Shown here: positions 9,700-18,775 of the stretch, one piece after another
Layout: each line of letters opens with the position of its first letter
How positions within the stretch are numbered: the first letter of the stretch is position 1
Sequence record: NC_052658.1
Source of the DNA: Escherichia phage nepoznato
Direction: 5' to 3' (one strand)
Length of the DNA stretch: 64,000 nt
The notes under the pieces: model-generated
What the model was told of the DNA's origin: nothing
The model's database searches: none
Seen by the model: only the letters and a program-made list of their open reading frames with translations
Position numbers and translations under genes: made by a program

Positions 9700-10635
9700 A
9701 TGGTGTTAATTGGTAGCCGTGCATTACAAATTCATGCTATGGATATGGGAAAAGACTTGTATCGCCCTTGTGTAGATTTAGATTACCTCTGTACAGAACA
9801 AGAATGGGAAGAATTATCAAAAATGTTCTCTCAAGATGAGTTTGTTGAACTTGTAGAGCGTAAAGGGAACAAGGGCCATGTCAAAATGATAGCTGGTGCA
9901 CATTTGGAATACGATATTGCTTCTCAAGGAGATAGCACAGAAGCTTTGATTAGTTATTGTGAAGACTCTGATGATATTCGTCGAACTTACGCTGGACACG
10001 TTGTTGCTCCTTTAGATGTGCTCTACCTTCTTAAAATGAGTCATCGTTTTAAAAAGGATAGTCCTCACTTCTTTAAAACTATGAAAGATATTCATTTCAT
10101 GCGGTCACTGGGCGCAAAGATCCCAGAAAATCTTAAGAGTATTTATGAGTTGCGTGAGAAAGAAACATACACTTACTCTCATCCAAACTTAAACGTGAGA
10201 AGTAAAGACTTCTTTAAAGGTGATGAGGTTCCGTATGTTTATGATCATGACTCTATTCATGAAGCAATCGCAGTAATGGATGCTCCAGCATATAAATCTT
10301 ATATGAAAGATGGAAGTGAAGTTATGACCAGCAAAGAAAAGTTTTTTGCTCAACCAAAACATGTGCGCCTGTTAGGTGTTTATGAAGAAGCGTGTGTTTT
10401 GGCTTTGGAACGTTCACAAATTCCTTTCGGTGAAGAGATCGGAGGTCCAACCCCTAAGCAAAGTTTTATGATGGCTTTATCTAAAGTTTGCACATCTATC
10501 ACTAGTGGTTGGTTTCGTGAATATGCCTATGAATCCTTCCATGTCGTGATGAAGCTTTATGAAAGTATGGGAGAAGATGATTACATCAAAAGATTCCACG
10601 CTAATAAACACTTACTTAAACCTTTTGAGGAATAG
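9700..10635 (+). CDS. hypothetical protein (311 aa)
   Basis: Long ORF after promoter with RBS; no confident domain. Confidence 0.55.
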   Translation: MVLIGSRALQIHAMDMGKDLYRPCVDLDYLCTEQEWEELSKMFSQDEFVELVERKGNKGHVKMIAGAHLEYDIASQGDSTEALISYCEDSDDIRRTYAGHVVAPLDVLYLLKMSHRFKKDSPHFFKTMKDIHFMRSLGAKIPENLKSIYELREKETYTYSHPNLNVRSKDFFKGDEVPYVYDHDSIHEAIAVMDAPAYKSYMKDGSEVMTSKEKFFAQPKHVRLLGVYEEACVLALERSQIPFGEEIGGPTPKQSFMMALSKVCTSITSGWFREYAYESFHVVMKLYESMGEDDYIKRFHANKHLLKPFEE

Positions 10636-10636
10636 T

Positions 10637-11308
10637 ATGGGGAGGAAATTAGAAAACCTGTCTGGAATGGTATTCAATGGTATAACAGTTCTTGATGTAG
10701 CAATTAAGGAGACTGGATGATCTACAAAATGGAATTGTATTTGTCATTGCGGTGAGAAGTTTGTTACTACAGCCGAAAGATTAAAATCTGGTAAAACTAA
10801 ATCTTGTGGTTGTGAGCGTTACCATTACAAGTTCATTGAGGATAGATATACATATAATTCCTACAATGCCATGATAGACAGGTGCACCAATGAGAACTCA
10901 CCGAATTATCCTAAGTATGGAGGTAGTGGAGTTTCTGTATGCTGTAGATGGTTAGAGAAGGGGGACTTAGGTTTTTTGAATTTCGTTGAGGATATGGGTA
11001 GTAGACCACAAAACACAACCTTAAACAGAATTAATTCTGCTGATGTTTATAGCAAAGAAACCTGTGAGTGGGCTTCACTCGCAATGCAATCTTATGATCA
11101 AAAACTAAGGAAAGATAATCTATCCGGTATTTGTGGGGTAAAATACAGAAAAGATAGGGGCAAATGGATTGCATACATCCGAGTCAATGGAGAGCATATT
11201 AGTTTATACTATGGTAACAGTAAAGAAGAAGCTATTCGTAAACGGAAGGAGGCAGAGATGTTATATTATGATAGGGCTAAGGTGAAACCTTACGAAGGAG
11301 GTTATTGA
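10637..11308 (+). pseudogene. AP2-domain homing-endonuclease-like ORF interrupted by in-frame TGA near 10718
   Basis: Continuous frame from ATG 10637 except one TGA after 27 codons; downstream Cys-rich C.C.CG...SCGC motif and AP2-like GVKYRKDRGKWIAYIRVNGEHISLYYGNSKEEAIRKRKEAE. Confidence 0.4.
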
Positions 11309-11309
11309 T

Positions 11310-11708
11310 ATGGGTTGGTGTGATCAGTCACAAAGTTACTTCAAAGTAACACATGCGGATCTCAACAAAGCAAGAGTGAAGTTGTTGAGTATCGAAAAAG
11401 AAACAGTGGCTATTGACAAACGTCTCCGAGAGAGTAAAGTGGTAATCACTTCTTGGTTTGGACTGAAACGTAAAGTCATGACGCAACGAGAGCATGTAGT
11501 TAAAAATATGCACGGTTGGGCTTGGTTCCACGATATGGCAGAACATTTGGGATACATTTCTCCTGAAGAACATGATCTCTTGGAGTTACGCTACCGCCTT
11601 CCAGATGTAGAAGATTTAGATTTGTGGATCAGTTCAGAACAGATCTTCCTAACAGAAAGTGATTGGCGTAAAGTTATGGCTTGTCTTGAATGGAGGGGTA
11701 ATGAGTAA
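11310..11708 (+). CDS. hypothetical protein
   Basis: 132-aa ORF. Confidence 0.45.
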   Translation: MGWCDQSQSYFKVTHADLNKARVKLLSIEKETVAIDKRLRESKVVITSWFGLKRKVMTQREHVVKNMHGWAWFHDMAEHLGYISPEEHDLLELRYRLPDVEDLDLWISSEQIFLTESDWRKVMACLEWRGNE

Positions 11709-12384
11709 AACAGTTTTGTCTATGTTTGACGGATCTGGGATCATGGTGTTACGTTATGCCGAAGCAGGTCACAAGTGTTTTTGTGTAAACGCTGATGAAG
11801 GGGACCACGGTAAATACGAGGTTAGGATGGAGCACCCAAACATAACCTATGTGAATGCTTGGATAGATTCTACATTCAACCCTGAAGATCATGGAATACC
11901 TAAACCCGATATTATTTTTGGATTTCCACCTTGCACTATGTTAGCAGGTAGTGGTAGCAAACACGAACGCAGCACAGAGGAATTAGATGAAGCTTTAGCT
12001 AATATTCGTGTAGTGGAAGATTTGGGTAACAAATACAATGTTCCTTGGATGATTGAGAACCCAGTAGGTAAACTTTCAACCTTATGGCGTAAACCAGATT
12101 TTTACTTTGATCCTTATGAGTATGGTGGGTATTTGTTTGAAGAGGAAGGAAGCTTTCATCCTAAAATGCCTACCCGTGATGGGTATACAAAGAAAACTTG
12201 TATTTGGCACGGCAATGGTTTTGTTCAACCAGTGAAGAAACCAGTAGATCATATAGGCTGCTTCTGGGGTTGGAAAAGCTTAGGTGGAGCTAGTGCAAAA
12301 ACAAAACAACTTAGATCACTAACCGCACGTGGTTTTGCTCGTGCAGTGTTTTTGTCTAACAATCTTCTAGATAAGGAGAAATAA
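11701..12384 (+). CDS. C5-cytosine methyltransferase-like protein (short)
   Basis: Motif I-like SMFDGSG, motif IV-like GFPPCT, motif VI-like MIENPVG; shorter than canonical C5-MTases. Confidence 0.45.
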   Translation: MSKTVLSMFDGSGIMVLRYAEAGHKCFCVNADEGDHGKYEVRMEHPNITYVNAWIDSTFNPEDHGIPKPDIIFGFPPCTMLAGSGSKHERSTEELDEALANIRVVEDLGNKYNVPWMIENPVGKLSTLWRKPDFYFDPYEYGGYLFEEEGSFHPKMPTRDGYTKKTCIWHGNGFVQPVKKPVDHIGCFWGWKSLGGASAKTKQLRSLTARGFARAVFLSNNLLDKEK

Positions 12385-13034
12385 TGTCAAATTCAAAACC
12401 AGTGGTTGCTTATCAAGTAGATCGTAATGATGGTGAAGGAAGTGTTGTTATTTTCAGTACACACGGTCTTGAGGCTCGTCGAAAAGGTGCATATCGTTTA
12501 GAATGTGAGTTTGAAGACTGCACAAGCCACCGTGTCAAACAATTCGATCAATATGCTGATAAAGGCTTCGTCCCTATCAAAGCCTTACTGGAAGATGGTT
12601 GGTGGGTATATTCTGCTTTTGATGGTGTTAGACTCGACGAACCTGTAGGAGGTCTTGAGGCAGATTTTGATGAATGCGAAGATGGCTTGTATATTGAAGA
12701 GGATCTTGTATTCTCCCTTGACGAGAAAAGTGTGTGGAAGAACTGGGAAGAAATGGAACGTCACGCGCATTTTATCAACAATGCTTTGATTCGTAAAGCT
12801 TGGTTTATGGAGGCGGTGAAGGTAGCGTATCCGCAGTTCACCTTTACAGAGGTTTGGGGCGGTCCACACCACATCACCCATACAGCATTTTTCGACTTCC
12901 CTGGTTCACGTTACAAAGGTAATATAATGTGGGACTGGGATGAGAATAAAGTACCATCTGTTAAAGACTTTCGTTGCTATGTTTGCCAAGGTGATCAAGA
13001 AGCCCTTGACAAATACCTACAAAGTCTGGTATAG
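12384..13034 (+). CDS. hypothetical protein
   Basis: 216-aa ORF, overlapping start/stop with upstream gene. Confidence 0.5.
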   Translation: MSNSKPVVAYQVDRNDGEGSVVIFSTHGLEARRKGAYRLECEFEDCTSHRVKQFDQYADKGFVPIKALLEDGWWVYSAFDGVRLDEPVGGLEADFDECEDGLYIEEDLVFSLDEKSVWKNWEEMERHAHFINNALIRKAWFMEAVKVAYPQFTFTEVWGGPHHITHTAFFDFPGSRYKGNIMWDWDENKVPSVKDFRCYVCQGDQEALDKYLQSLV

Positions 13035-13051
13035 TGCCAACATCTGAACAA

Positions 13052-13080
13052 AGCCTCCTGTTTCAGGGGGCTTTTCTTTT
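13052..13080 (+). terminator. probable intrinsic terminator
   Basis: GC-rich imperfect hairpin (AGCCTCCTG..CAGGGGGCT) followed by T-run. Confidence 0.45.
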
Positions 13081-13092
13081 ATAGGAGGGAAT

Positions 13093-13572
13093 ATGTTTCA
13101 AGTAAATATCAATGTGCATAATAGTTACTCTGATTGTGAAACGTGTGGCTATAATTCATCTAATGTTGTTCGTATTAGTGGCGATTTAGGAGAAGCTTCT
13201 TTTGGAGAAGAAGCAAGTTGCTTTAGTGGTATGGATGCAGAATGGAATGATATTGCACATTGGTTGGTGAGCAAACTAAAAGAAAAAGAGAAACCCTTTC
13301 CTACTCTGCTTGATCGTTCCTTTGTAGAAGATGCAGGTAAAGCATATGCGGATTATGCTTATGCAGACGGGAAATATTTGGAAGATGATAAGGCTAACCA
13401 TTTGCTTTATGTTTATTATGAAGCTGAATCTGCCTACGATAATTATTATAGCATGTCTAACATCCTCCGTCTATTTGCAGAGTTTGATATTTATTTTGAA
13501 GTAGAATTTTCAGAAGATGATACTTACGAATATGATTCTTATGATCCATTTGAGGAGGACGAGGGTGAATGA
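13093..13572 (+). CDS. hypothetical highly acidic protein
   Basis: 159 aa, D/E/Y-rich; RBS AGGAGGG. Confidence 0.5.
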   Translation: MFQVNINVHNSYSDCETCGYNSSNVVRISGDLGEASFGEEASCFSGMDAEWNDIAHWLVSKLKEKEKPFPTLLDRSFVEDAGKAYADYAYADGKYLEDDKANHLLYVYYEAESAYDNYYSMSNILRLFAEFDIYFEVEFSEDDTYEYDSYDPFEEDEGE

Positions 13573-14309
13573 TAGAACGAAAACCCTTACCAGATAGAGA
13601 TTACTTGTTATCAAGGTTTAGTGTGGAGAATGGTCGTCTTGTTTGGAAACCTAAACCTTCTACAACAAAAGAGAACAAAAGGTGGAATAGCAGATACGCA
13701 GGGAAGATTGCAGGGACTATTGATAAAGTTGGTTACTCTCATGTCAAAATAGATGGTATTGTATACTTGGAGCACAGAGTTTGTTTTAAAATGTACCATA
13801 ATTACTGTCCAGATGTTATAGATCATGATGATGGCAATAAGCTTAATAATGCGGAAAGTAATTTATTGGATAGTAACTATTTATTAAATAATAACAATAG
13901 ACATGTGGATGGGTTAGAAGGTATTTATGAAAAGGATGGTGTTTTTCTTTGGGTTATAAACTACAACCAAGAAACTTTCTCTGTTTCAGGTTTCAAAACT
14001 AAAGAGGAAGCTACTGTAGCTAGAGCTTTAGCAAAACAAGAAATTTTGAAAGGATCTTATATCAAAAAAGAAAAGAAGCGTATAGATAACACTTCAGGAT
14101 TAAGTTGTGTGTTTGTGGCAACAAGAGAGAGAACATTCTTTTTCAAGTTTGTGTTTGACAAGACCACGTATTGCAAATATGGTTTCAACGATCCAGAGAG
14201 ATGTGCTATAGCTCTGGAGAAGCTAAGGTTGAAGGTGATGAAAGAAAAATATAAACCTGCAAATAAAAGCATTTGCGAAAAACATAAGGAGGAGATTTAT
14301 GCCGCGTAG
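13569..14309 (+). CDS. free-standing HNH homing endonuclease-like protein
   Basis: GYSHVKIDGIVYLEHRV and IDHDDGNKLNNAESNL motifs typical of HNH nucleases. Confidence 0.6.
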   Translation: MIERKPLPDRDYLLSRFSVENGRLVWKPKPSTTKENKRWNSRYAGKIAGTIDKVGYSHVKIDGIVYLEHRVCFKMYHNYCPDVIDHDDGNKLNNAESNLLDSNYLLNNNNRHVDGLEGIYEKDGVFLWVINYNQETFSVSGFKTKEEATVARALAKQEILKGSYIKKEKKRIDNTSGLSCVFVATRERTFFFKFVFDKTTYCKYGFNDPERCAIALEKLRLKVMKEKYKPANKSICEKHKEEIYAA

Positions 14310-15114
14310 AGTCATATTCATAACTGGCGCAGGACTATCTGTGGATAGCGGTATCCCAGCTTTTAGAACAGATACTTCTTCAGGGGAGGCGTTATGGTCT
14401 TCTTATAATCTTTCTGAAGTCTGTGACATTTTCAACTTCCGTGACGGTTATCAGCAAGAACAAGGTATTCTTGATGCTATGGGCGGTTTAGATGCGGAAG
14501 GATATAACCTCTACCGTAAAACTCACGACTTTTACAATAAACGTCGCGCGGAATTAGAGAAAGTTGACCCGAATCCGGCACATCTTCAGATTGGGGAATG
14601 GTTCAAAAAACATGGTGCAGAAAAGATTATTAACATCACTACTAACGTTGATGACCTCCTTGAACGAGCAGGAGTAGATAGGGAAGAAGTGCTACATGTG
14701 CATGGTTTTCTTCCTGAAATTACTTTTCAAAGAAAAGCTGGACAACCTACAATTGTAAAAGATGTTGGTTATCAAGCCATAGATGTAGATGACTACCATT
14801 ATGTAAAACCTAATGTAATCTTCTTTGGGGAAGCTGCTCCACTTTACACAGATATGTATCATATTTTTGATACACTGACGGCTCAAGATATGGTTATCGT
14901 TGTAGGCTGCTCTAACCAAGTAATCAACTTCAACTGGGAACTCTTCCCTGCCCTGAATATTGGGGTTAAGATGGTTGTAGTTAACCCAGGTTTGAATTTT
15001 GTAGAACAAACTCTCTACGAAGAACGTGGAGTGCTTGTCTACCGAGAGAAAGCAGGAACAGTCTTCAGTGATGAAGGCTTTATCAAAATGGTCGAAGACC
15101 ACTTAAACAAATAA
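14299..15114 (+). CDS. Sir2-family NAD-dependent protein (sirtuin-like)
   Basis: Sirtuin motifs GAGLSVDSGIPAFR, TTNVDDL, HVHG, KPNVIFFGEAAP; no obvious Zn-binding Cys tetrad. Confidence 0.75.
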   Translation: MPRRVIFITGAGLSVDSGIPAFRTDTSSGEALWSSYNLSEVCDIFNFRDGYQQEQGILDAMGGLDAEGYNLYRKTHDFYNKRRAELEKVDPNPAHLQIGEWFKKHGAEKIINITTNVDDLLERAGVDREEVLHVHGFLPEITFQRKAGQPTIVKDVGYQAIDVDDYHYVKPNVIFFGEAAPLYTDMYHIFDTLTAQDMVIVVGCSNQVINFNWELFPALNIGVKMVVVNPGLNFVEQTLYEERGVLVYREKAGTVFSDEGFIKMVEDHLNK

Positions 15115-15123
15115 ACCACTCAA

Positions 15124-15143
15124 GGGGCTTCGGCCCCTTTCTT
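15124..15143 (+). terminator. GGGGC-UUCG-GCCCC hairpin with U-tract
   Basis: Same tetraloop hairpin as at 1627, followed by UUUCUUAUU. Confidence 0.5.
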
Positions 15144-15157
15144 ATTAGGAGAATAAA

Positions 15158-15430
15158 ATGACTGAAGAAATCCGTGATTACTACCTTGCACATTACGTTT
15201 ACTACTTTGCTAATGCTACACAAAAAGGGGAAGGTAATCTTTACTTGGCAACAGGGCATGGAACAGGTGTTAGGAAATCAAATATTGATAATGCCTTGGC
15301 TCAAGTGGCTGCTGGGCTAGAAGATAAACTTAAAACACCTGTAGTTGTAGTGATGCAAAACATAAGTTACCTAGCAAGTTGTACTGAAACCGAATTTAAC
15401 GCGTCTGAAACGCAATCTAACGAAGAATAA
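15158..15430 (+). CDS. hypothetical protein
   Basis: 90-aa ORF, RBS AGGAGA; last gene of plus block. Confidence 0.5.
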   Translation: MTEEIRDYYLAHYVYYFANATQKGEGNLYLATGHGTGVRKSNIDNALAQVAAGLEDKLKTPVVVVMQNISYLASCTETEFNASETQSNEE

Positions 15431-15436
15431 AATAAA

Positions 15437-15462
15437 GGCACCCACTTGGGTGCCTTTCCTAT
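15437..15462 (+). terminator. intrinsic terminator at convergent junction
   Basis: GGCACCC..GGGTGCC hairpin then UUUCCUAUUUU. Confidence 0.65.
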
Positions 15463-15499
15463 TTTAGAGCGTCTCTGTTTGATTTAGGTGGGTTCTAGC

Positions 15500-15730
15500 T
15501 TACTTGTGTAGTGCTCTCTCGTATAACTCAATAATCAATTCATCCTCTACTGTAATACGCGCCATTTGATCCGTCTTAAGGATTGTTGGTTGGTAGTGGT
15601 GCATTTCACTATTGATACTACAATCCCATTCGTCATTACCTAAATACTCTCCTATGTGGATCTTAACCATAAACGGAAACGGGTTATCTACCAAAAATGC
15701 CATACAACCTTCTTCGATTTTATTTAACAC
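15500..15730 (-). CDS. hypothetical protein
   Basis: 76-aa ORF, last on minus block. Confidence 0.4.
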   Translation of the reverse strand: MLNKIEEGCMAFLVDNPFPFMVKIHIGEYLGNDEWDCSINSEMHHYQPTILKTDQMARITVEDELIIELYERALHK

Positions 15731-15754
15731 ACGACCTCCTATTGCTACAGATAT

Positions 15755-15776
15755 GAAAAAACCCGCCGAAGCGGGT
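15755..15776 (-). terminator. intrinsic terminator (minus strand)
   Basis: On minus strand ACCCGC-UUCG-GCGGGU followed by UUUUUU. Confidence 0.6.
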
Positions 15777-15821
15777 TCTATTGCTACGATAGAATCACTA
15801 TCCTATAGTATTGTTTCTGTG

Positions 15822-16103
15822 TCAAGCCTTAGCGTAGAAAAACTTCTCATATTCAGCTTTTGTTACGATTGTGGGGCAACCTTTTGTTCCATCCTCGATA
15901 ACAGGGGCTTCTACCATTCTGGTGTTGAATAAGCAATAATTTCCACGCATGTAAATACCCAGTTTTGTTTCTACGATGTGCTCTTTACTTACACTTGAAA
16001 ACTTAATCTCACCATCGGAGTCTCTTATAGCAATAAGCGCATGTTCGGGCCAATCTTTTCCTTTTGCTCCTAAAGCATTATACAATTCTTGAACGAGTTC
16101 CAT
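15822..16103 (-). CDS. hypothetical protein
   Basis: 93-aa ORF with RBS GGAGG. Confidence 0.5.
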   Translation of the reverse strand: MELVQELYNALGAKGKDWPEHALIAIRDSDGEIKFSSVSKEHIVETKLGIYMRGNYCLFNTRMVEAPVIEDGTKGCPTIVTKAEYEKFFYAKA

Positions 16104-16115
16104 ATGACCTCCTTA

Positions 16116-16316
16116 TTAAATAACAAATTTTTCTTCTTCTGGCTTATCGTAATCTGGAGAATAAACATGTGCGGGATTAAAACCTTTAAAATTTCCGCGA
16201 CCTTTACGTGGACAGTTGAATGTGCGAGCTTGATGATCCCCAAAAGATTTCCCACAATGCATACATTTAAAATCAGTGCGTTTAGTCATGCCATATCTCC
16301 TTTTAAAAGGCTGCAC
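16116..16316 (-). CDS. small Cys-rich (zinc-finger-like) basic protein
   Basis: 66 aa with CMHCG and FNCP Cys pairs. Confidence 0.5.
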   Translation of the reverse strand: MQPFKRRYGMTKRTDFKCMHCGKSFGDHQARTFNCPRKGRGNFKGFNPAHVYSPDYDKPEEEKFVI

Positions 16317-16452
16317 CTATTGAAGATGCAGCTTTGATAGATTATTTAGATGAGTCTAAAATGTCTTTTACTTTTGCCGTGATAACGTCTTGATATTTGT
16401 TAATAAGATAGCCTACAACTACACCTACGATAAATGAAACCATTATTTCTCC

Positions 16453-17061
16453 TTATTTAAGTGGTGAGAGAACAATCTCTCGGTTTTTTAAGAACCAAAG
16501 CATGTCATCTTGATCATAGTCTGATCCCTCTGTAGTAGAATTTTTGATAGAATCAAAAAACCAACGAGGTATGCCAAAACAACTTCCAGATGACTGCACG
16601 TCTTTCTGCGACATTTTAAATGTGATTGGAAAATCACAATTCTCAATCTCTCGGATATCTGCTGAAGATAATATTGTAACTTCAACCAGTTCGTCGTTAG
16701 ATGTAGTATCGTTGTCTTCCTCAATAATGTCAAGTGCTTTTTGCACATCTTTTACATCTAATGTTAAACCTGTGGCTTTCTGAAAAGCCGAAACAAAAAT
16801 GAGAGCTTCTTCAGAGCAAGGGGCTTCCAGCAAATGAGCCATAATAGGTGACAAGCAAATGTTAAGATCTTTGTCATACCAACGAACAATCCACACAGGT
16901 GTTGATCCGTTTTGTTTGTCACGAGCCAAAATTGTAACGTGCTGACCCTCTTCTGGTATATGATACAAACCAGAAAAACCAGGGCCTGTAGTAGATTTTT
17001 TGACACGTGCTACATGTCCCACTTCTAAAGGATCTTTACCATCCCAAATCTTCTCTTCCAT
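16453..17061 (-). CDS. hypothetical protein
   Basis: 202-aa ORF with RBS GGAGG. Confidence 0.55.
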   Translation of the reverse strand: MEEKIWDGKDPLEVGHVARVKKSTTGPGFSGLYHIPEEGQHVTILARDKQNGSTPVWIVRWYDKDLNICLSPIMAHLLEAPCSEEALIFVSAFQKATGLTLDVKDVQKALDIIEEDNDTTSNDELVEVTILSSADIREIENCDFPITFKMSQKDVQSSGSCFGIPRWFFDSIKNSTTEGSDYDQDDMLWFLKNREIVLSPLK

Positions 17062-17069
17062 ATAACCTC

Positions 17070-17333
17070 CTAAATAACATCTTTGAAATAGTGAATCACT
17101 TCAATATTATGATACAAAGTGCTTCGCTCTTTTGTGTACTCTGTTTTAGTAACAAACACTTTTGCAATACCGTACTTATGTGCTGGTAGGTTTGGATTAG
17201 TTTGCATAATTTCTTTCACTACGCTTATAGTTTCGTGCTCGGATTCCCAATAAGTGAAGTAACCCTCACTATCAACGATTAAAGACTCGTTTTCAAGATC
17301 TACAAAACAGAAAAATATTGACGGATGGCTCAT
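17070..17333 (-). CDS. hypothetical protein
   Basis: 87-aa ORF. Confidence 0.5.
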   Translation of the reverse strand: MSHPSIFFCFVDLENESLIVDSEGYFTYWESEHETISVVKEIMQTNPNLPAHKYGIAKVFVTKTEYTKERSTLYHNIEVIHYFKDVI

Positions 17334-17497
17334 TCTTTTTCTTCAACCTTCCTCAAAGCTTTTTGATCGAATATGGCGTGTTGCAATTCCCCGTTTTCAT
17401 CGAACCAAGTTACTTTACAAGATTCACCATAACTTTCTATTACTGTCATTTGTTTGTTTGCACCTTTAAGGCAAACCACATCACCTACTTGCATCAT
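17330..17497 (-). CDS. small YodC/DUF2158-like protein (about 55 aa)
   Basis: Minus ORF MMQVGDVVCLKG..MTV....CKVTWF below track cutoff; approximate coordinates. Confidence 0.35.
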   Translation of the reverse strand: MMQVGDVVCLKGANKQMTVIESYGESCKVTWFDENGELQHAIFDQKALRKVEEKE

Positions 17498-17943
17498 GAT
17501 TGAGTTCCTTTTTGTTTTTCAATAGCTGCACGAATTTCTGCTAAAGGTTCTGCTACCAAGTCTTCAACTTCTTGGATTTGTTCATTCATCACATCACGAA
17601 CCATTTGAATACGCTCTTCAAGGGAAACAGCAAGTTCATCTGCATAAGCCATATTAAGAACGTGGTAGAAATTTTCTTGTGCACTTAAAGCACCAGATAA
17701 CAAATAATCCTGATCTTCCTCTGGTAAAAGCATGTGTTGCTCATATTCAGCAAAAGTGTTTTTGTTAATCTCAAGCAAAGCACCCATCATAACATCATAC
17801 TGATAATCTTTATGACCAGGATTGTTTAAAATAATATCTTCAAAGATATTAAGAAGAATCTTAGTAACAAAAGCATTGTTTTCGGCACCTTCCATCTGAC
17901 GGATTACCGTGATTACTTCTTTTTCTTTAGCGTTTTGGCTCAT
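17494..17943 (-). CDS. hypothetical protein
   Basis: 149-aa ORF. Confidence 0.5.
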   Translation of the reverse strand: MSQNAKEKEVITVIRQMEGAENNAFVTKILLNIFEDIILNNPGHKDYQYDVMMGALLEINKNTFAEYEQHMLLPEEDQDYLLSGALSAQENFYHVLNMAYADELAVSLEERIQMVRDVMNEQIQEVEDLVAEPLAEIRAAIEKQKGTQS

Positions 17944-18133
17944 AGTGTTTCTCCTCTGATTCTATTTCGATATAGCCTGTGGTTTTGCACGGGTTACACT
18001 CGTAAATTTGACCTACATCCGCCATAACATATCCTGCACCACCACAATAGGGGCAAGGCATAGGAGGACAAGGTATGGACGTAGTGATTGTTACGACATT
18101 ATCAATTTCCAACATTTTCGCCATTATTACCAT
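17927..18133 (-). CDS. small Cys-rich zinc-ribbon-like protein
   Basis: 68 aa with CPPMPCPYCGG and CNPC. Confidence 0.45.
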   Translation of the reverse strand: MVIMAKMLEIDNVVTITTSIPCPPMPCPYCGGAGYVMADVGQIYECNPCKTTGYIEIESEEKHYEPKR

Positions 18134-18372
18134 TCCGCTATTAACGTCAAACCAAGTGCATCGTTAAAACGCTCAACATTTGAGTATAGGTATGGAGGGG
18201 TTATTTGCTCTAAAATTTGTGCTGCTTCCACTTGGTGCTCTATGTTTTGAGAAGTTCGGGCATAAACTAAGACACCCATTTTATTCAAAATAAAAACAGA
18301 ATCAGACCCATCCAGCTTATCAACGGCTGCATACATTTTAGTCATATTTTCTCCTGGATTACCATTCAGCAA
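18127..18372 (-). CDS. hypothetical protein, C-terminal LIAEW (paralog of 18359-18574)
   Basis: 81 aa; shares C-terminal LIAEW-stop with neighbour. Confidence 0.4.
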   Translation of the reverse strand: MLNGNPGENMTKMYAAVDKLDGSDSVFILNKMGVLVYARTSQNIEHQVEAAQILEQITPPYLYSNVERFNDALGLTLIAEW

Positions 18373-18574
18373 TAAGACTAGGATTCATAGCAAAAGCTTT
18401 GAAAGTTGTTATGTCATGACTAACATTAAAACTAACGCCTTTTACTTTCTCTAGTATTTGAACTTTCGTCTCTCCGTCCCACGGTAGTATGATAACACCA
18501 TCTTCTGTGATCAACCACCAATGGTTCTCTCCATCTCGTGAATCTTTTGCTTTGTATAGAAAATTGGAACTCAT
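18359..18574 (-). CDS. hypothetical protein, C-terminal LIAEW
   Basis: 71 aa; RBS AGGAGG; first gene after minus-strand promoter. Confidence 0.45.
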   Translation of the reverse strand: MSSNFLYKAKDSRDGENHWWLITEDGVIILPWDGETKVQILEKVKGVSFNVSHDITTFKAFAMNPSLIAEW

Positions 18575-18612
18575 TCTTCCTCCTGTTCGGTATTATTCAC
18601 TTGTGAGACACA

Positions 18613-18641
18613 ATGTAACACAAGCTTTGTGAGTTTGTCAA
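18613..18641 (-). promoter_or_regulatory. sigma70-type promoter for minus block 18574-15500
   Basis: On minus strand TTGACA, 17-bp spacer, TTACAT with TG two nt upstream. Confidence 0.4.
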
Positions 18642-18775
18642 GGATCTAATTACATTCTACAGAAGAAGAGGGTTAATAACTATAGGAATAGTCTTACTAT
18701 AGGTGCAATACTAGTTAAGAGTTAGATTGATAGGTAAGATTTATCTTAAACACATAATTGATAGGTGAACCAGCA

